From NCBI GenBank assembly GCA_963751455.1, contig CAVVUN010000012.1:608001-672000 (forward strand): a stretch of 64,000 bases of DNA. The letters are read 5' to 3'. This DNA is from Nitrospirota bacterium. Lineage in GTDB: Bacteria; Nitrospirota; UBA9217. A program made the translations under genes and the position numbers. Positions 16,901-26,529 of the stretch are shown here, piece after piece. The first letter of the stretch is position 1, and every line of letters begins with the position of its first letter. The notes beneath the pieces were generated by a model that had not been told where the DNA came from, did no database searches, and saw nothing but the letters and a program-made list of their open reading frames with translations.

Positions 16901-19202
16901 TGCCTGTTCAACGTGCCATGGTGCATACGGCGGAGAGGCTACGAATAACGCGGGTAAATCCCTGGCCGCGGACGGCAACGCTTTCTGTCTCACCTGTCAC
17001 AGCAACACCGGGTCGTACCCGGCACATCATGGGGTCGCGGCAGTAGCAACAGCAGGCAAAGACTGCACCGATTGTCATAAAACTTTGATTGCCGGGCCGG
17101 GACAAGCTGGTGTCCCGGGTAACCCGCTTGCAGCCACGAACGCAAACTGCCTGCTGTGCCACAGCAGCGCTATTGGAACGGCTATAGCGATCATACCCGG
17201 CACGAACCACCATGGAGCCGGATTGCAAAATTGCACGACGTGCCACGGTGCATCCGGCGGAGAGGCGCCGAATAACGGGGGAAAATCCCTGGCTGCGGAC
17301 GGCAATGCTTTCTGTCTTACCTGCCACAGCAACGGCGGCAGTATCCCAGCCCACCATGCTGTTCCTGCCTTGAAGCCCGCGGGCAAGAACTGTTCAGCCT
17401 GTCATAATGGCGGCGGTGTAGCGCCGGCCGATAATAGCAACGCAGCCTGCATGCAGTGCCATGATCAGCCCTGGACCAGAACGGACGGCGTTACAAGCCT
17501 GGCAACGGTGAGCGCGGGCGTAAATCACCACACCGGGACATGTACGACCTGCCACACAGAGGGAGCCGCAACTATGATGTGGGCGGTAAGCCCGAGCGAT
17601 CCCGGTCTGAACTCCGACGGCACCGTAACGAATACGGCTGATGGTAACACTGCATGTATGACCTGTCACAGCACTGCGCAGGGCGGCAAAGTAGCGATTG
17701 TCACGAGCGGGGCCGGCGACAACCACCACGGCATGACCTTCGGCACCCCGGCTGAAACGCGCGCTCCGTGCGTGTCGTGCCACACGGGTAACGGCGGCGT
17801 TGCTTTTTCAGGCGGTAATACGCTCTGTTTGTCGTGCCATCAAAACTACCCGACTCCCAACGCGCTGGTCCAGGAAGCACAAAAGGGTGAGACCCCTGTA
17901 CCAGGCGCAAATCACCATTACGGCGTCTGCCTGAGCTGCCACATCCCGCAGCAGACGAACGGCTCGCTTGGCGTAACAGGGCCCGGAATACTACCGGTCA
18001 CCAGCGGCTGCAATGCATGCCATACCGTCGGAGGGCCGAACGGCCCCGGGATACAACACCATGATACCGTGCAGATTGCCGGCTGCGATCAATGTCATCT
18101 TTCGGCCGGTGTGAGGCCGACAGAGCACGGCACGAACATACTTCAAACATGCACGGATTGTCATACTGCCGCGCTGGCAACGATAAACCATCCGTGGTCG
18201 GGCTTGAATTGTACGAGCTGCCATGGAACGTCCGCGCCGACTGTTCCTGAAGGCGTCTGCGACAAGTGCCATACTTTGGATGCATTCGGCGCTGGCGCCG
18301 TTGTTGTTCGTTTCTGGCAGACGATTCATCAACCTATAGCGACAGCGGAATTCAAGTTCAGCTACAGTACGTCCGTGCCGAAGAAGGTTACGTTCACAAA
18401 TATAGGTACTAATTGTTCCGGTCCTGCCTGGGACTTCGGGGATGGTAGCACCGGAACCGGTTCGTCCGTGGATCATATTTACGATATTGTGGTCTCTTCC
18501 GCCACAATAACGATGACCTGCAGCGAAGGCGCTTCAAAGTCAAGAACCGTCTCCCCCAGGTCATTGTCGGCAGCGGCAGCGCCTTCCGTTGCATTGAACT
18601 TTAGTCCCGCAGTGACAGGCTACTCCATCGATCTTACCGATCTTACCGATTATGGTGTTTACAGTGGTGGTACGGGATCGATAAGAATCTCGTGGGGTGA
18701 CGGCAAATATACGACCGTGCCGAAAGGAACGACAACTATGTCGCATCTTTACCCCAGGGCGAGAAAATATACCATCGTAATTTATGCGACGCTGAATCCG
18801 GCGTCCGGATATTTTGGCCAGAGATTGAGGACAAAAATATCTGTTACGGTGGAACGTTTGATCGTATCCGGCATCATAACCAAGCCCGGCGGCACTACCC
18901 CATTCTCGGGCGTAATAATGACCTTGATGCACAACGGCAAAATCTTGAAAAAAGCAGTTACAAACTCATACGGGATGTACACATTCAGGAATGTAGTGCC
19001 GAACCATGTATTGGCGACGTATCCCACATCGACCAATTACTTCGATTATACAATCGAGGCGACCAAGAGAACCGGCAAGCTGATCAGCGACGGAACAACC
19101 ACGATACGTGAGGTCTACACCTGGACTCCTTCCCTCATCACGACAACGATAACGAATACGAGCCAGAGCGGTAAAAACTTCGAGGCCCTTCCACTGCCGT
19201 AA
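13965..19202 (+). CDS. Giant secreted multiheme cytochrome c (~35 hemes) with C-terminal PKD/Ig-like module
   Basis: Signal peptide; about 34 CxxCH plus CMSMGCH by manual count; internal tandem repeats; PKD-like WDFGDG and ISWGDG; ends NFEALPLP. Confidence 0.9.
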   Translation: MNVRKNLIFWAALFFTAIPLSGNANPDFNRDGAVRDPASQSGWALPALDPDTSDHDNCLRCHQPGGPAADVSGYLKGGHKNMARPADGNAWGMPGVDATHPASSWLADAGLDPLTGLFEKLGIQEDYPQMFVNWSPRTISLAYCAKSDGTIGSDDVPDLVACPTCESPIMANGTAGYPLNYPNQTTCETARHPLTGTTDYLWVDEGDQPLYWIYGGAGLRRNPAVFERGSQVYSCARCHTTGWTANDINTDPDLDPDRAFDPNKLPYGNPAWSLATFTTMTTLGNPSQLLLDPGMPLWPADGTTATDTARNLSSWDQWGIECSRCHMSFYDGHSTWPNPSSAFNGSGITTGGDITALCMNCHRQENTGPGKNGVPLLLTNGSTTSDMGAKLLYTNRAAQPDGFSHHADGNEFLNSPHAKFKGNWGQIGCPPYSIVPGDPSFPGTPPRVNYPIVPTGEYCSRAIMNFNGTTTASLYFSKFARAVVVDLGQNTSTAGGCTSCHNVHETTNENSSGWSAGAFNATCTDCHSNPAATITVSQVNLSLMYHPTGPGTPMENPAKACSICHQPEGMKHLWRINTDPNYITFPTYTNSESLASTAVDTTGYNAVWVDLDHACGQCHGGGVSATDLATTGTIDTSPTGSKTLTVDDATGFAAGKKIHIADAGVSGGPFKTIISSVSGSTVNLSYAVVSSVAGAAVTVSGNPAAEGAPYLTGTQIAESAKTIHDGNVNSMTCSVCHTIGTGHHVTGTTSCSTCHTARLHTLVLPPSGNPSYNSEHVTPGTGCLGCHGPGGLATHNTITADGADDNHHSNAGSCTSCHGASGGEAPNNAGKSLAADRNDFCLTCHSNSGSYPVHHGVAAVATAGKDCMSMGCHAANAGAPGNALPATNANCLLCHNSAIGTAPAIVLGTNHHSGVNCAVCHLAEPFAVLPPAGNPEYNSSTGHITPGTGCLGCHGPGGLATHNTITADGAGDNHHSNQGACSTCHGAYGGEATNNAGKSLAADGNAFCLTCHSNTGSYPAHHGVAAVATAGKDCTDCHKTLIAGPGQAGVPGNPLAATNANCLLCHSSAIGTAIAIIPGTNHHGAGLQNCTTCHGASGGEAPNNGGKSLAADGNAFCLTCHSNGGSIPAHHAVPALKPAGKNCSACHNGGGVAPADNSNAACMQCHDQPWTRTDGVTSLATVSAGVNHHTGTCTTCHTEGAATMMWAVSPSDPGLNSDGTVTNTADGNTACMTCHSTAQGGKVAIVTSGAGDNHHGMTFGTPAETRAPCVSCHTGNGGVAFSGGNTLCLSCHQNYPTPNALVQEAQKGETPVPGANHHYGVCLSCHIPQQTNGSLGVTGPGILPVTSGCNACHTVGGPNGPGIQHHDTVQIAGCDQCHLSAGVRPTEHGTNILQTCTDCHTAALATINHPWSGLNCTSCHGTSAPTVPEGVCDKCHTLDAFGAGAVVVRFWQTIHQPIATAEFKFSYSTSVPKKVTFTNIGTNCSGPAWDFGDGSTGTGSSVDHIYDIVVSSATITMTCSEGASKSRTVSPRSLSAAAAPSVALNFSPAVTGYSIDLTDLTDYGVYSGGTGSIRISWGDGKYTTVPKGTTTMSHLYPRARKYTIVIYATLNPASGYFGQRLRTKISVTVERLIVSGIITKPGGTTPFSGVIMTLMHNGKILKKAVTNSYGMYTFRNVVPNHVLATYPTSTNYFDYTIEATKRTGKLISDGTTTIREVYTWTPSLITTTITNTSQSGKNFEALPLP
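16250..17345 (+). repeat. Intragenic tandem duplication of a ~165-aa multiheme block (two copies plus a partial third)
   Basis: TPGTGCLGCHGPGGLATHNTITADGA...GKSLAAD.N.FCLTCHSN...HHGVAAVATAGKDC...ATNANCLLCH is repeated; GGEAPNN.GKSLAADGNAFCLTCHSN occurs a third time. Confidence 0.85.
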
Positions 19203-19227
19203 ACAGCATTATCTTTACCTGCTAAAT

Positions 19228-19263
19228 AAACAGGCAGTCCCCAGACATCGGGACTGCCTGTTT
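19228..19263 (+). terminator. Terminator shared by the three giant cytochrome genes
   Basis: AAACAGGCAGTCCC-loop-GGGACTGCCTGTTT. Confidence 0.8.
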
Positions 19264-19334
19264 AAGAGTCTTAATCCGGCTCATACGATTTTTATCGCCG
19301 TCCCGCCTAATAACAGCTCAAGATTCGATCAAGA

Positions 19335-19373
19335 TGCGTAATATGACCCCAAAAGGTTGGGTTATACCGCGCA
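19335..19373. promoter_or_regulatory. Putative enhancer site pair
   Basis: TGCGTAATATGACCCCA (19335) and an inverted weaker copy TTGGGTTATACCGCGCA (19357). Confidence 0.5.
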
Positions 19374-19629
19374 AACCCAGGACCTAATACGGCATAGTTT
19401 AGCAATTGCATTGTTTATAAACAATATTTGACATGGTAAGACTATTGCATCTAAAATTATTATTCGCATATTTATCAATGACATTAAGTTGAATATCATT
19501 TATAAGTTCGTTTATGTTATCGCTCATAATGTAAGTTACAATGTTTCGCAAATATGCTACTATAATTATAGAATTTGCAGTATTGCAAAAAAGTAACTTT
19601 ATTTTTATCGAAAAACCAAGGACATATGT

Positions 19630-19645
19630 CGGCATGTTTAGTGCA
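19630..19645 (+). promoter_or_regulatory. Sigma-54 promoter
   Basis: CGGCATGTTTAGTGCA, GG-N10-GC spacing. Confidence 0.55.
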
Positions 19646-19684
19646 TTCAATAAGAACTTAGCCTTTTAAAAATGCTATTGAATT

Positions 19685-19906
19685 GTGAAGGTCGGCGTGA
19701 TGAAAAACGAATCTATTATTCGTTATTGTCTTTCAGAAAAAGGGAATTGCCCTATATGTAAAACAAACGTCAAGCAGGTTGCAAAAGACTACACAATATT
19801 TAAATCCAAGCCCGTAATTATCTATCAGGACAGAATCGAGACAAAATGCCCTAATTGCAGCAGACCGCTTGTCGATAAGATAAATAGTAGACTCTATTCA
19901 GAGTAG
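19685..19906 (+). CDS. Small zinc-ribbon-like protein
   Basis: CPIC...CPNC pairs; has its own promoter and terminator. Confidence 0.55.
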   Translation: MKVGVMKNESIIRYCLSEKGNCPICKTNVKQVAKDYTIFKSKPVIIYQDRIETKCPNCSRPLVDKINSRLYSE

Positions 19907-19934
19907 ACGGCAAAGAAGTCTCTTAAAGACAAAG

Positions 19935-19987
19935 AAGCCGGGATTGTATATTGCGAATGCAATATAATCCCGGCTTTTTATTTTTTT
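19935..19987 (+). terminator. Rho-independent terminator
   Basis: AAGCCGGGATTGTATATTGC-GAAT-GCAATATAATCCCGGCTT followed by a T-run. Confidence 0.75.
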
Positions 19988-20000
19988 GCTTTGAACCGCT

Positions 20001-20206
20001 TAAGCCTAAAAAAGCATTTGGGACGCAGAAAAATCGGATAAACGCAGATAAGGTCGGATAAAAAAACGTTCTTGTATCGTAAAAGCAGTCACCCTGCGGG
20101 TGAATTTTTTCTCTAAAAATTCTTTTGTTTGATCCGCGGTTATCGTTCGACTGAGCTCACGCCGAAGTCTGCGTTCATCTGCGTCCAAATGCCGTTTTCA
20201 GGTTAA
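20001..20206. repeat. ~200-bp MITE/REP-like element, copy 1
   Basis: Near-identical inverted copy at 32418-32606; GACGCAGA...TCTGCGTC arms with a nested GTTCGACTGAGCTCACGCCGAAG palindrome. Confidence 0.85.
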
Positions 20207-20645
20207 TGATTAGATCGTAATCTTGCCTAACCTGAAATTGGCCGAACCAAATTTGCCACGAAGACACAAAGGCACGAGGAATAGAAAATCGATTTCTTGC
20301 TTGTGCTTGATATTATAACTAATTATTTTTTGTGGTTTGTTCACTCCCCCGGGTAACAGCTACAGAAAATAATAAAGTAAAGGAGGTTAAACAAGAAATA
20401 TTACAGTAAAGCTTTGCACATATAATTGCAATGTTATGCATATTTGCAATTATATGTCTTTAAGTTCCCCCAAAAAACTCTAATTAGCTGGCAGGCTGAA
20501 AGGAGGCCACAAACGTATAATAATTCCTCGTGCTTTTTGGTATAAGAAGCGCAACGATCTAACTTTGCCTTTTGCAGGCAAGGTTTTTGTATTCGGTTTC
20601 AAATACTGTTCGTTAGACAATCTATGAATTAGAGGAGACGAAAAC

Positions 20646-23600
20646 ATGGGTAAAATACACCTCAGGGGCAAGATAGTTTTGTTTATTGCTGTCTGCCTCT
20701 TCATGAGTGTTGCGACGGCCTATGCACACACCCTGGATGTCACGTTGAAGGACTCCCTGGGTTCGGCCGTTTCCAGCACAACGCCGTACAGCCCCAAAAT
20801 GACGTGCGGCGGCTGCCACTTCAATTGCAGTGACGGTTCCTACAGCACCGACAAAAACACGTGGTGCGACAACAGCGGCGCCGGCAAAATGCAGAAAGAC
20901 TGCTCTGCAGCCGGCAACTGCCCGGACTATGAATCAGCGGCAACGACGGAAGTCAGCAAGGTGCAGGGTTACGCGGATTCCAATGGCGTTACCACGTACA
21001 TGACGTATACGGTTAAAGCGCCTGTTCACGGCGCTTCCGTGGGCAAACACAGCACGTTAGGCAGGAATGAAGGCCTGGTAGCCGCTCAGCGCTCTATCTG
21101 GGGAGCCCCGGCTACCATCAGCGGGCCCGGCATGTCCGGCCGCTACTGACCGCCCTCCAACCGCCAGTTGGCGGGAAAAATCATCAATGACGACACAGAG
21201 AGCGGTCGTTTAAGAGAAATAGAATTGAGCACTCCGAATTTCGCGAAGGACTGCGGCGTCTGCCATGTAGGCGGCGGACAGATGGAATACGACTACGATA
21301 TGAAAGCCTACGGCGACCCGTCTTCAACGGACATCGCCAGCAGGTATACCTACAGGCCGAACAGGGTTGCCGGAGACGGCAGCATTGTCCCGGGCGGAAT
21401 CGTTTCCACAGATACGAATTCGACCAGGGAGCTTTTCGGCGACAACAAGGTTGAAGTCGATTGTATGATGTGTCACATGGACGGCCTCAGGACAGGCGCT
21501 GCCTGGTACAAGTCCCTGGGGTGCAGCTCCACGAATCCCGTGGGCCCGGCGGACGATCCCACCTGCAGCGGACCGCAGTTTGCGGGTGTGGATACGGATG
21601 CAGGCACGTTCTATGATTCATACAACAGGAACATCTCGGTATCATTGGGCTATCTGAAGCAGGCTGCCACTGCAGGTCTCGGCGCCCTGATTGATCTGGC
21701 AAGCGGTACGCTCAGCAATGTGCCCTCCACGATTCCGGCTGAGAAAATCACTTCAACACCGAACAGCAATAACTGCGCAATGTGCCATGCAAGGACCAAT
21801 TCCGACAGCATCGGTCTTCCCATGGAAGCGGCCAAGTACGGCGGCATGACAACCGGCTTCGGCAACTTCTTCAGGATGACTGCCGCAGAGCAGGCCTTCG
21901 ATTTCGATGAGATTGACGGCAGCGGAGCCATAGCTTCCGGAAAAGACGGCAAAAACGACACACTCTGGAACGAGTTCGGCTGCAAAACCGGCATGGGCAA
22001 GCGGTCCCAGCGCTCAGGTGTCGGCACCCAGGACAGGTTCGGTTTCGGTATCTGTCTCGGTTGCGCCACGTTTAACGCCATGGGCGGCGACATGACGACC
22101 GGCTGGTTTAGCAACGGTCTATGCGCAATGCCGAGTGTTCAGGCGGCCTGCAACGAGGCGGCCGGAACCACGTTACAGGGTAGCGAGGGTCAGTGGATGG
22201 GTATTTTCGAAGATCCTATGACCATGCTGCCTAAGAAAGTCGCGGGCAAGATGTCAGACACCGATGTTCATGATGCCGCCGGGGTAAAGTGCGCAACCTG
22301 CCACTATACCCTCTCCGGAGATTTCGCCGGAAGGACGATCTCGTCCGGCGCGACATCCTATACGTATCCCGGTATTGCGGGCGTGCAGAAGATGGACCAC
22401 CAGGTTGCACAGGGATGGAGCACGCTCGAAAAAGCAAATGACGTGTTTGACGGGACGGTTACCTGCGAAGGCTGTCATATCGAAGGGACCCATCCCAACA
22501 AGGGTACGGCGCCTGTTCCTGCCCACGCCGGCTTCCCGGCATTCCATTTCGAAAAAATCGACTGCAGGACATGCCACATACCCAGAATATTCTCGTCGCC
22601 CGGAAGACTGTTGTTCAGAGACTGGACAACGGGCGGGTACCGGCAGACCGACGGCGCCAACGGCAACGCCAACCACTTCGACTTTGCCTTCAACTTCATG
22701 GAAGGCGGAGCAACGCCGATGATTCCGTTAAAGCAATGGATCAAAGTTCAGGAACCGACCGGTGCTGTAGTGAAGATAGCGCCCGGACTTCCCTCCATGC
22801 TGCCGATGTGGGTGGGCAAGGGTTCTCCGAACGGTGCGGATTACATCCCGCTCAAGACAAGAGACGTCACCGCAGCAGCCGCGCTCGTTGCGGCGAATAA
22901 TCCCAGCTTCGGGATACGCATCAACGAAACGAACGATGTTGCCGCATTCAACGGCTTCCAGCTTACTGATCCCCTGAAGATCGAATCTGCAGCCAAGATC
23001 GCAGCGATGAGAGCCGAGCTTTTGGGAACAGGAGCGGGACTGGCAACGCATAGCGCATATGTCGACCCGAAGATGAACCTGCAGCCCTTCTTCTTCGACC
23101 CGTCCCACGGTATCACCGACAGTTCATTGGCCCTCGGATCGCCGTCAGCCGGCGGCTGCGTGATGTGCCATTCGAGCTCTGTCCCGGGAAATCCGAACTA
23201 CAGCCCCTACTCCGTCGGCTTCTTTGACGGTCAAAAGGAGCTGCTCAAGAACGGGTTTATGCAGATGGCTGATTATGACTGCGGCGGCGATGATATGCAT
23301 CAGCTGAACGCGAGTCTGTACGGTAACACACCCGGCGGCTGGACCGCAGCCAACACGATGTGCCAAATGTTCGATTCCAACGCCAGCGGCACATGCGATG
23401 GTGACGAACTGCTTGCCTGCAAGACGTACATCGCAAGCAACCTGTTCCCGATGTTCGGCATGCCTGCTGACATCTCAACAGCCATGCCGGTCGACGGCAT
23501 CGACATGATGCAGATGTTCTCGATCCGGGAAGGCAGCTTCGCACTCGGCTGCAATCCGGTCTACTCGTTCTTCGGGTTCCCGACTGCAGGCCGTATGACT

Positions 23601-25100
23601 GGACCGGGCTCCATGACGAACGGCACCGGACCTACGAACGGCTGCGAGGCGACTGATTTCTACAGCCGCGACGAGACAAGACTGTATTACAAGAAGAACC
23701 TTCAGCAGGTCCAGGACGGCGGAGCGAACAAGGTCTTCGGCAACATAAAAGTGGGACCGACGTTCGCCACGTACGACATCGGATCAAAGTGCATCACCGA
23801 CCCGATGACAGGCGCAACCGGCACATGCACGAATGGAGGTTATATAGCTACGACGGTCTCTGAGAAGACGCTTCTGGGCTATGACACCGCAACCCTTGAT
23901 AAACTCATGAACGGGTCGGCGGTGAGCACCATGAATTGCGTTGGGTGCCATCCCACCCAGACACATACCACTCACGTGGTTACATATGCCGACACCTGCA
24001 CAACGTGCCATACAACAACGCATATAACCATACCGTCGTCGGCAACAATGTCCTCATGCGAGGGTTGCCACTCTCAGACGATGTCGACTCTGAGCCATTC
24101 TACAACAGGTACTACAACGCCTCAGAATTGCGGCTCCTGCCATGCAACAGCAGGTGTTGTGCCTACAATCTCGGCGTGCGAGTCATGTCATGGTACCCCG
24201 GTTTCGTCTATGGTCGACCTGCGGTTTTCCCAGATTCACAGCGGATCACTGCCAAGGCCGGCTTTCAGCTGGACGAACGACGCTGTAACGCCGTTCAAGA
24301 TCCTGTTTAGCGGAGCGTCGTCAACGAACTGCTCGACCTACTCATGGAATTTCGGCGACGGTTCTTCAGCGACCGGTATAACCACGGACCATACGTATGC
24401 CCTCGCCACTTCCCAGACCGTAACGATGACTTGCGGCGATGCATCAACGTCCGCATCCGTATCCAAAACGGTCTACCCGAGAGCAGCAGCAGCTCCCGCT
24501 ATTACCCCGGCTGCAAACGTAGTCACAGACGGATACCACGTAACCTTAACGGATACGACTGTGGCTTCGGGCATGACAGGGACAATAACAATCATGTGGG
24601 GCGACGGTCAGCGCAGCTACATACGAATGGGCGGCGAAGCCGACCATCTGTACCGCAGAGCGAGAACGTACAATGTCATGATGATGCTAAGAACCGACAC
24701 CCCCGGATACAGGGTAGAGGCCTCCAGGGCTAAGATACCGGTTACGATCGAGCGTTTGATCATATCCGGCCTCGTAACCAAGCCAGGCGGCACTACCCCG
24801 TTCCCGGGCGTGATCATGACCCTGAAGCACAACGGTAATACCGTGAAGAAGGCGGTTACCAACTCCTTCGGTGCATACACGTTCAGAAACGTAGTGCCGA
24901 ACGTGGTATTGGAGACGTATCCGACACCGACGACATACTCTGATTATACGATCGAGGCATTGAAGAGAACCGGCAGACTGGTCAGCGACGGAACAACCAC
25001 AACACGAGAGGTTTATAGCTGGACACCTGCAACCATCACGACAACGGTTACGAATGCCACCGTAACTGTCAACGACTTCGAGGCCCAGCCTTTACCGTAA
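20646..25100 (+). CDS. Secreted ~13-heme cytochrome c (1484 aa) with an in-frame TGA at 21147-21149, probably selenocysteine; C-terminal PKD/Ig-like module
   Basis: ORFs 20646-21149 and 21168-25100 are in the same frame (...PGMSGRY-TGA-PPSNRQLAGK...). Only the first has an RBS and signal peptide. A hairpin follows the TGA. 1+12 CxxCH; ends DFEAQPLP. Confidence 0.75.
21150..21175 (+). promoter_or_regulatory. Candidate SECIS hairpin
   Basis: CCC-T-CCAAC / loop CGCCA / GTTGG-C-GGG immediately 3' of the TGA; the loop contains a G but is closer to the UGA than the usual consensus. Confidence 0.45.
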
Positions 25101-25121
25101 GCAGTATTATTTTCACTTGAT

Positions 25122-25160
25122 AAACAGGCAGTCGCCGAACATCGGGACTGCCTGTTCTTT
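25122..25160 (+). terminator. Terminator (copy 2 of the shared hairpin)
   Basis: AAACAGGCAGTC...GGGACTGCCTGTTCTTT. Confidence 0.75.
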
Positions 25161-25231
25161 CTTGCCTTTTAACGAATAACATTATAGTATTCGAGAACAT
25201 TAAAAAAAATCTCGGTTCAAGGAGTAAATTG

Positions 25232-26227
25232 ATGAGATCAATAATTCGAAGTGCGGGCCACTTTACGATCTGCGTTTTCTTGGCTGTGGTTGTCCTGAGC
25301 GGATGCACGAAGCATTTGCCTGCCGCGGAAAAGGCCTCAAAAGAAGCTGCCGTGGTGAACGATGAAGCAAAAAAAATTGTTGTTGCAAAAGTGAACAACG
25401 CGGAATTGTCCATGGATTCGCTCGTCAAAATCATGAACCGTCTCCCGGATAAAACCGGCGGTGCAACCGAGAGCCTGGAAGAACGCAGGAAAAGGGCGTT
25501 GGACAGCCTGGTCCTGCTGGAGCTGGCATATCAGCGGGCCAAGGAGCAAAAATCGATGGTGGATCCAACCAAGATCGACTTATCAATCAGCAATTTTATA
25601 AATAACACCGGCGGCGAAAAGGAATATTCCGAATACCTGAAGAGTAACAATATCACTGAGGCTGACCTTCGTTCCGAGATAGAGCGGGGTCTTACAATTG
25701 AACAGATTTATGCCAAAGAAGTTGTCGACAGCGTTTCGATTCCCGAAGAAGAACTGCGCAGGGAGTACGAAAATGTACAAGAGCAGCTGATCCAGCCCGA
25801 GAAAGTTTCGATTATTGATGTCCACGTGTTGAAAAACGATGGCAAGGGGGCAAAAACAAAAGCAGAGAAATTACTCCGAATGATAAAAGCGGATGCTCGC
25901 CAGGACCCTTGGAAATTGATACTCGACGGGACCTTCACTGTCCGAAAGCTGCTTGTCCGGCCCGAACGGGAAAGAGAGCTCTACGAAGCTGCGAAGAAAT
26001 TGAAACCTCAACAATTCTCCGGCGTGATAAACGCATCTGACGGGGTCCATATCATCAAGCTGGAAAACTATTCACCCGAGAGAAAGCTTACATTTGAAGA
26101 GGCGAAAACAAAAATGGAGGCAACCTTGAAGGGCCCTGCTGTCGAAAAGAGGACCCGGGAATGGGAAGAGGAGTTGAAAAAAGACGCGAAGATCGAAATA
26201 TTGGATCCCGATATAACACCTCGCTAG
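25232..26227 (+). CDS. PrsA/SurA-like foldase lipoprotein, copy 1
   Basis: Lipobox LSGC; VAKVNN, ALDSLV..EL.YQ.A, QFSGVI...DGVHIIKL, ELKKDAKIE. Confidence 0.85.
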   Translation: MRSIIRSAGHFTICVFLAVVVLSGCTKHLPAAEKASKEAAVVNDEAKKIVVAKVNNAELSMDSLVKIMNRLPDKTGGATESLEERRKRALDSLVLLELAYQRAKEQKSMVDPTKIDLSISNFINNTGGEKEYSEYLKSNNITEADLRSEIERGLTIEQIYAKEVVDSVSIPEEELRREYENVQEQLIQPEKVSIIDVHVLKNDGKGAKTKAEKLLRMIKADARQDPWKLILDGTFTVRKLLVRPERERELYEAAKKLKPQQFSGVINASDGVHIIKLENYSPERKLTFEEAKTKMEATLKGPAVEKRTREWEEELKKDAKIEILDPDITPR

Positions 26228-26290
26228 CTAGTGAAACAAGCTTCTGCTGTGTCGACAAACCGAATAGGAAAGCAAAAGCACCTGCCATAA

Positions 26291-26307
26291 TGGGTGAAAT
26301 AACCCTC
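26291..26307. promoter_or_regulatory. Putative enhancer site
   Basis: TGGGTGAAATAACCCTC; its reverse complement GGGTTATTTCACCCA matches the 1005 site. Confidence 0.45.
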
Positions 26308-26407
26308 TCTCCGCACCTTTTCCCTCCAAAAAATTGTCCTCTTTGTTCAGACATTATGCAACTTAATGATTTATCTAATTTTTTTGGGCTGACAAGCGTA
26401 GATCTGT

Positions 26408-26423
26408 TGGCACGATTCATGCT
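26408..26423 (+). promoter_or_regulatory. Sigma-54 promoter
   Basis: TGGCACGATTCATGCT. Confidence 0.8.
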
Positions 26424-26529
26424 TCGTTAAGAATAGGAACAGTCCTTGATCCCGCATAGATATCGTGAAAACCGGTTATCGCGCCCTTTTTAACAATGTT
26501 AAGGAGACCTTGAGAGGAGGAAGTCTGCT

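Noticed and set aside
20413-20553. Sigma-54 promoter for the 20646 gene
   Set aside because: TTGCACATATAATTGCA lacks GG and has wrong spacing; TGGTATAAGAAGCGCA at 20538 has the spacing but a poor -12 element and no enhancer motif.
21168-25100. Independent 1310-aa gene starting at TTG 21168
   Set aside because: No RBS or signal peptide, and it is in frame with the upstream ORF across one TGA; treated as one read-through gene.
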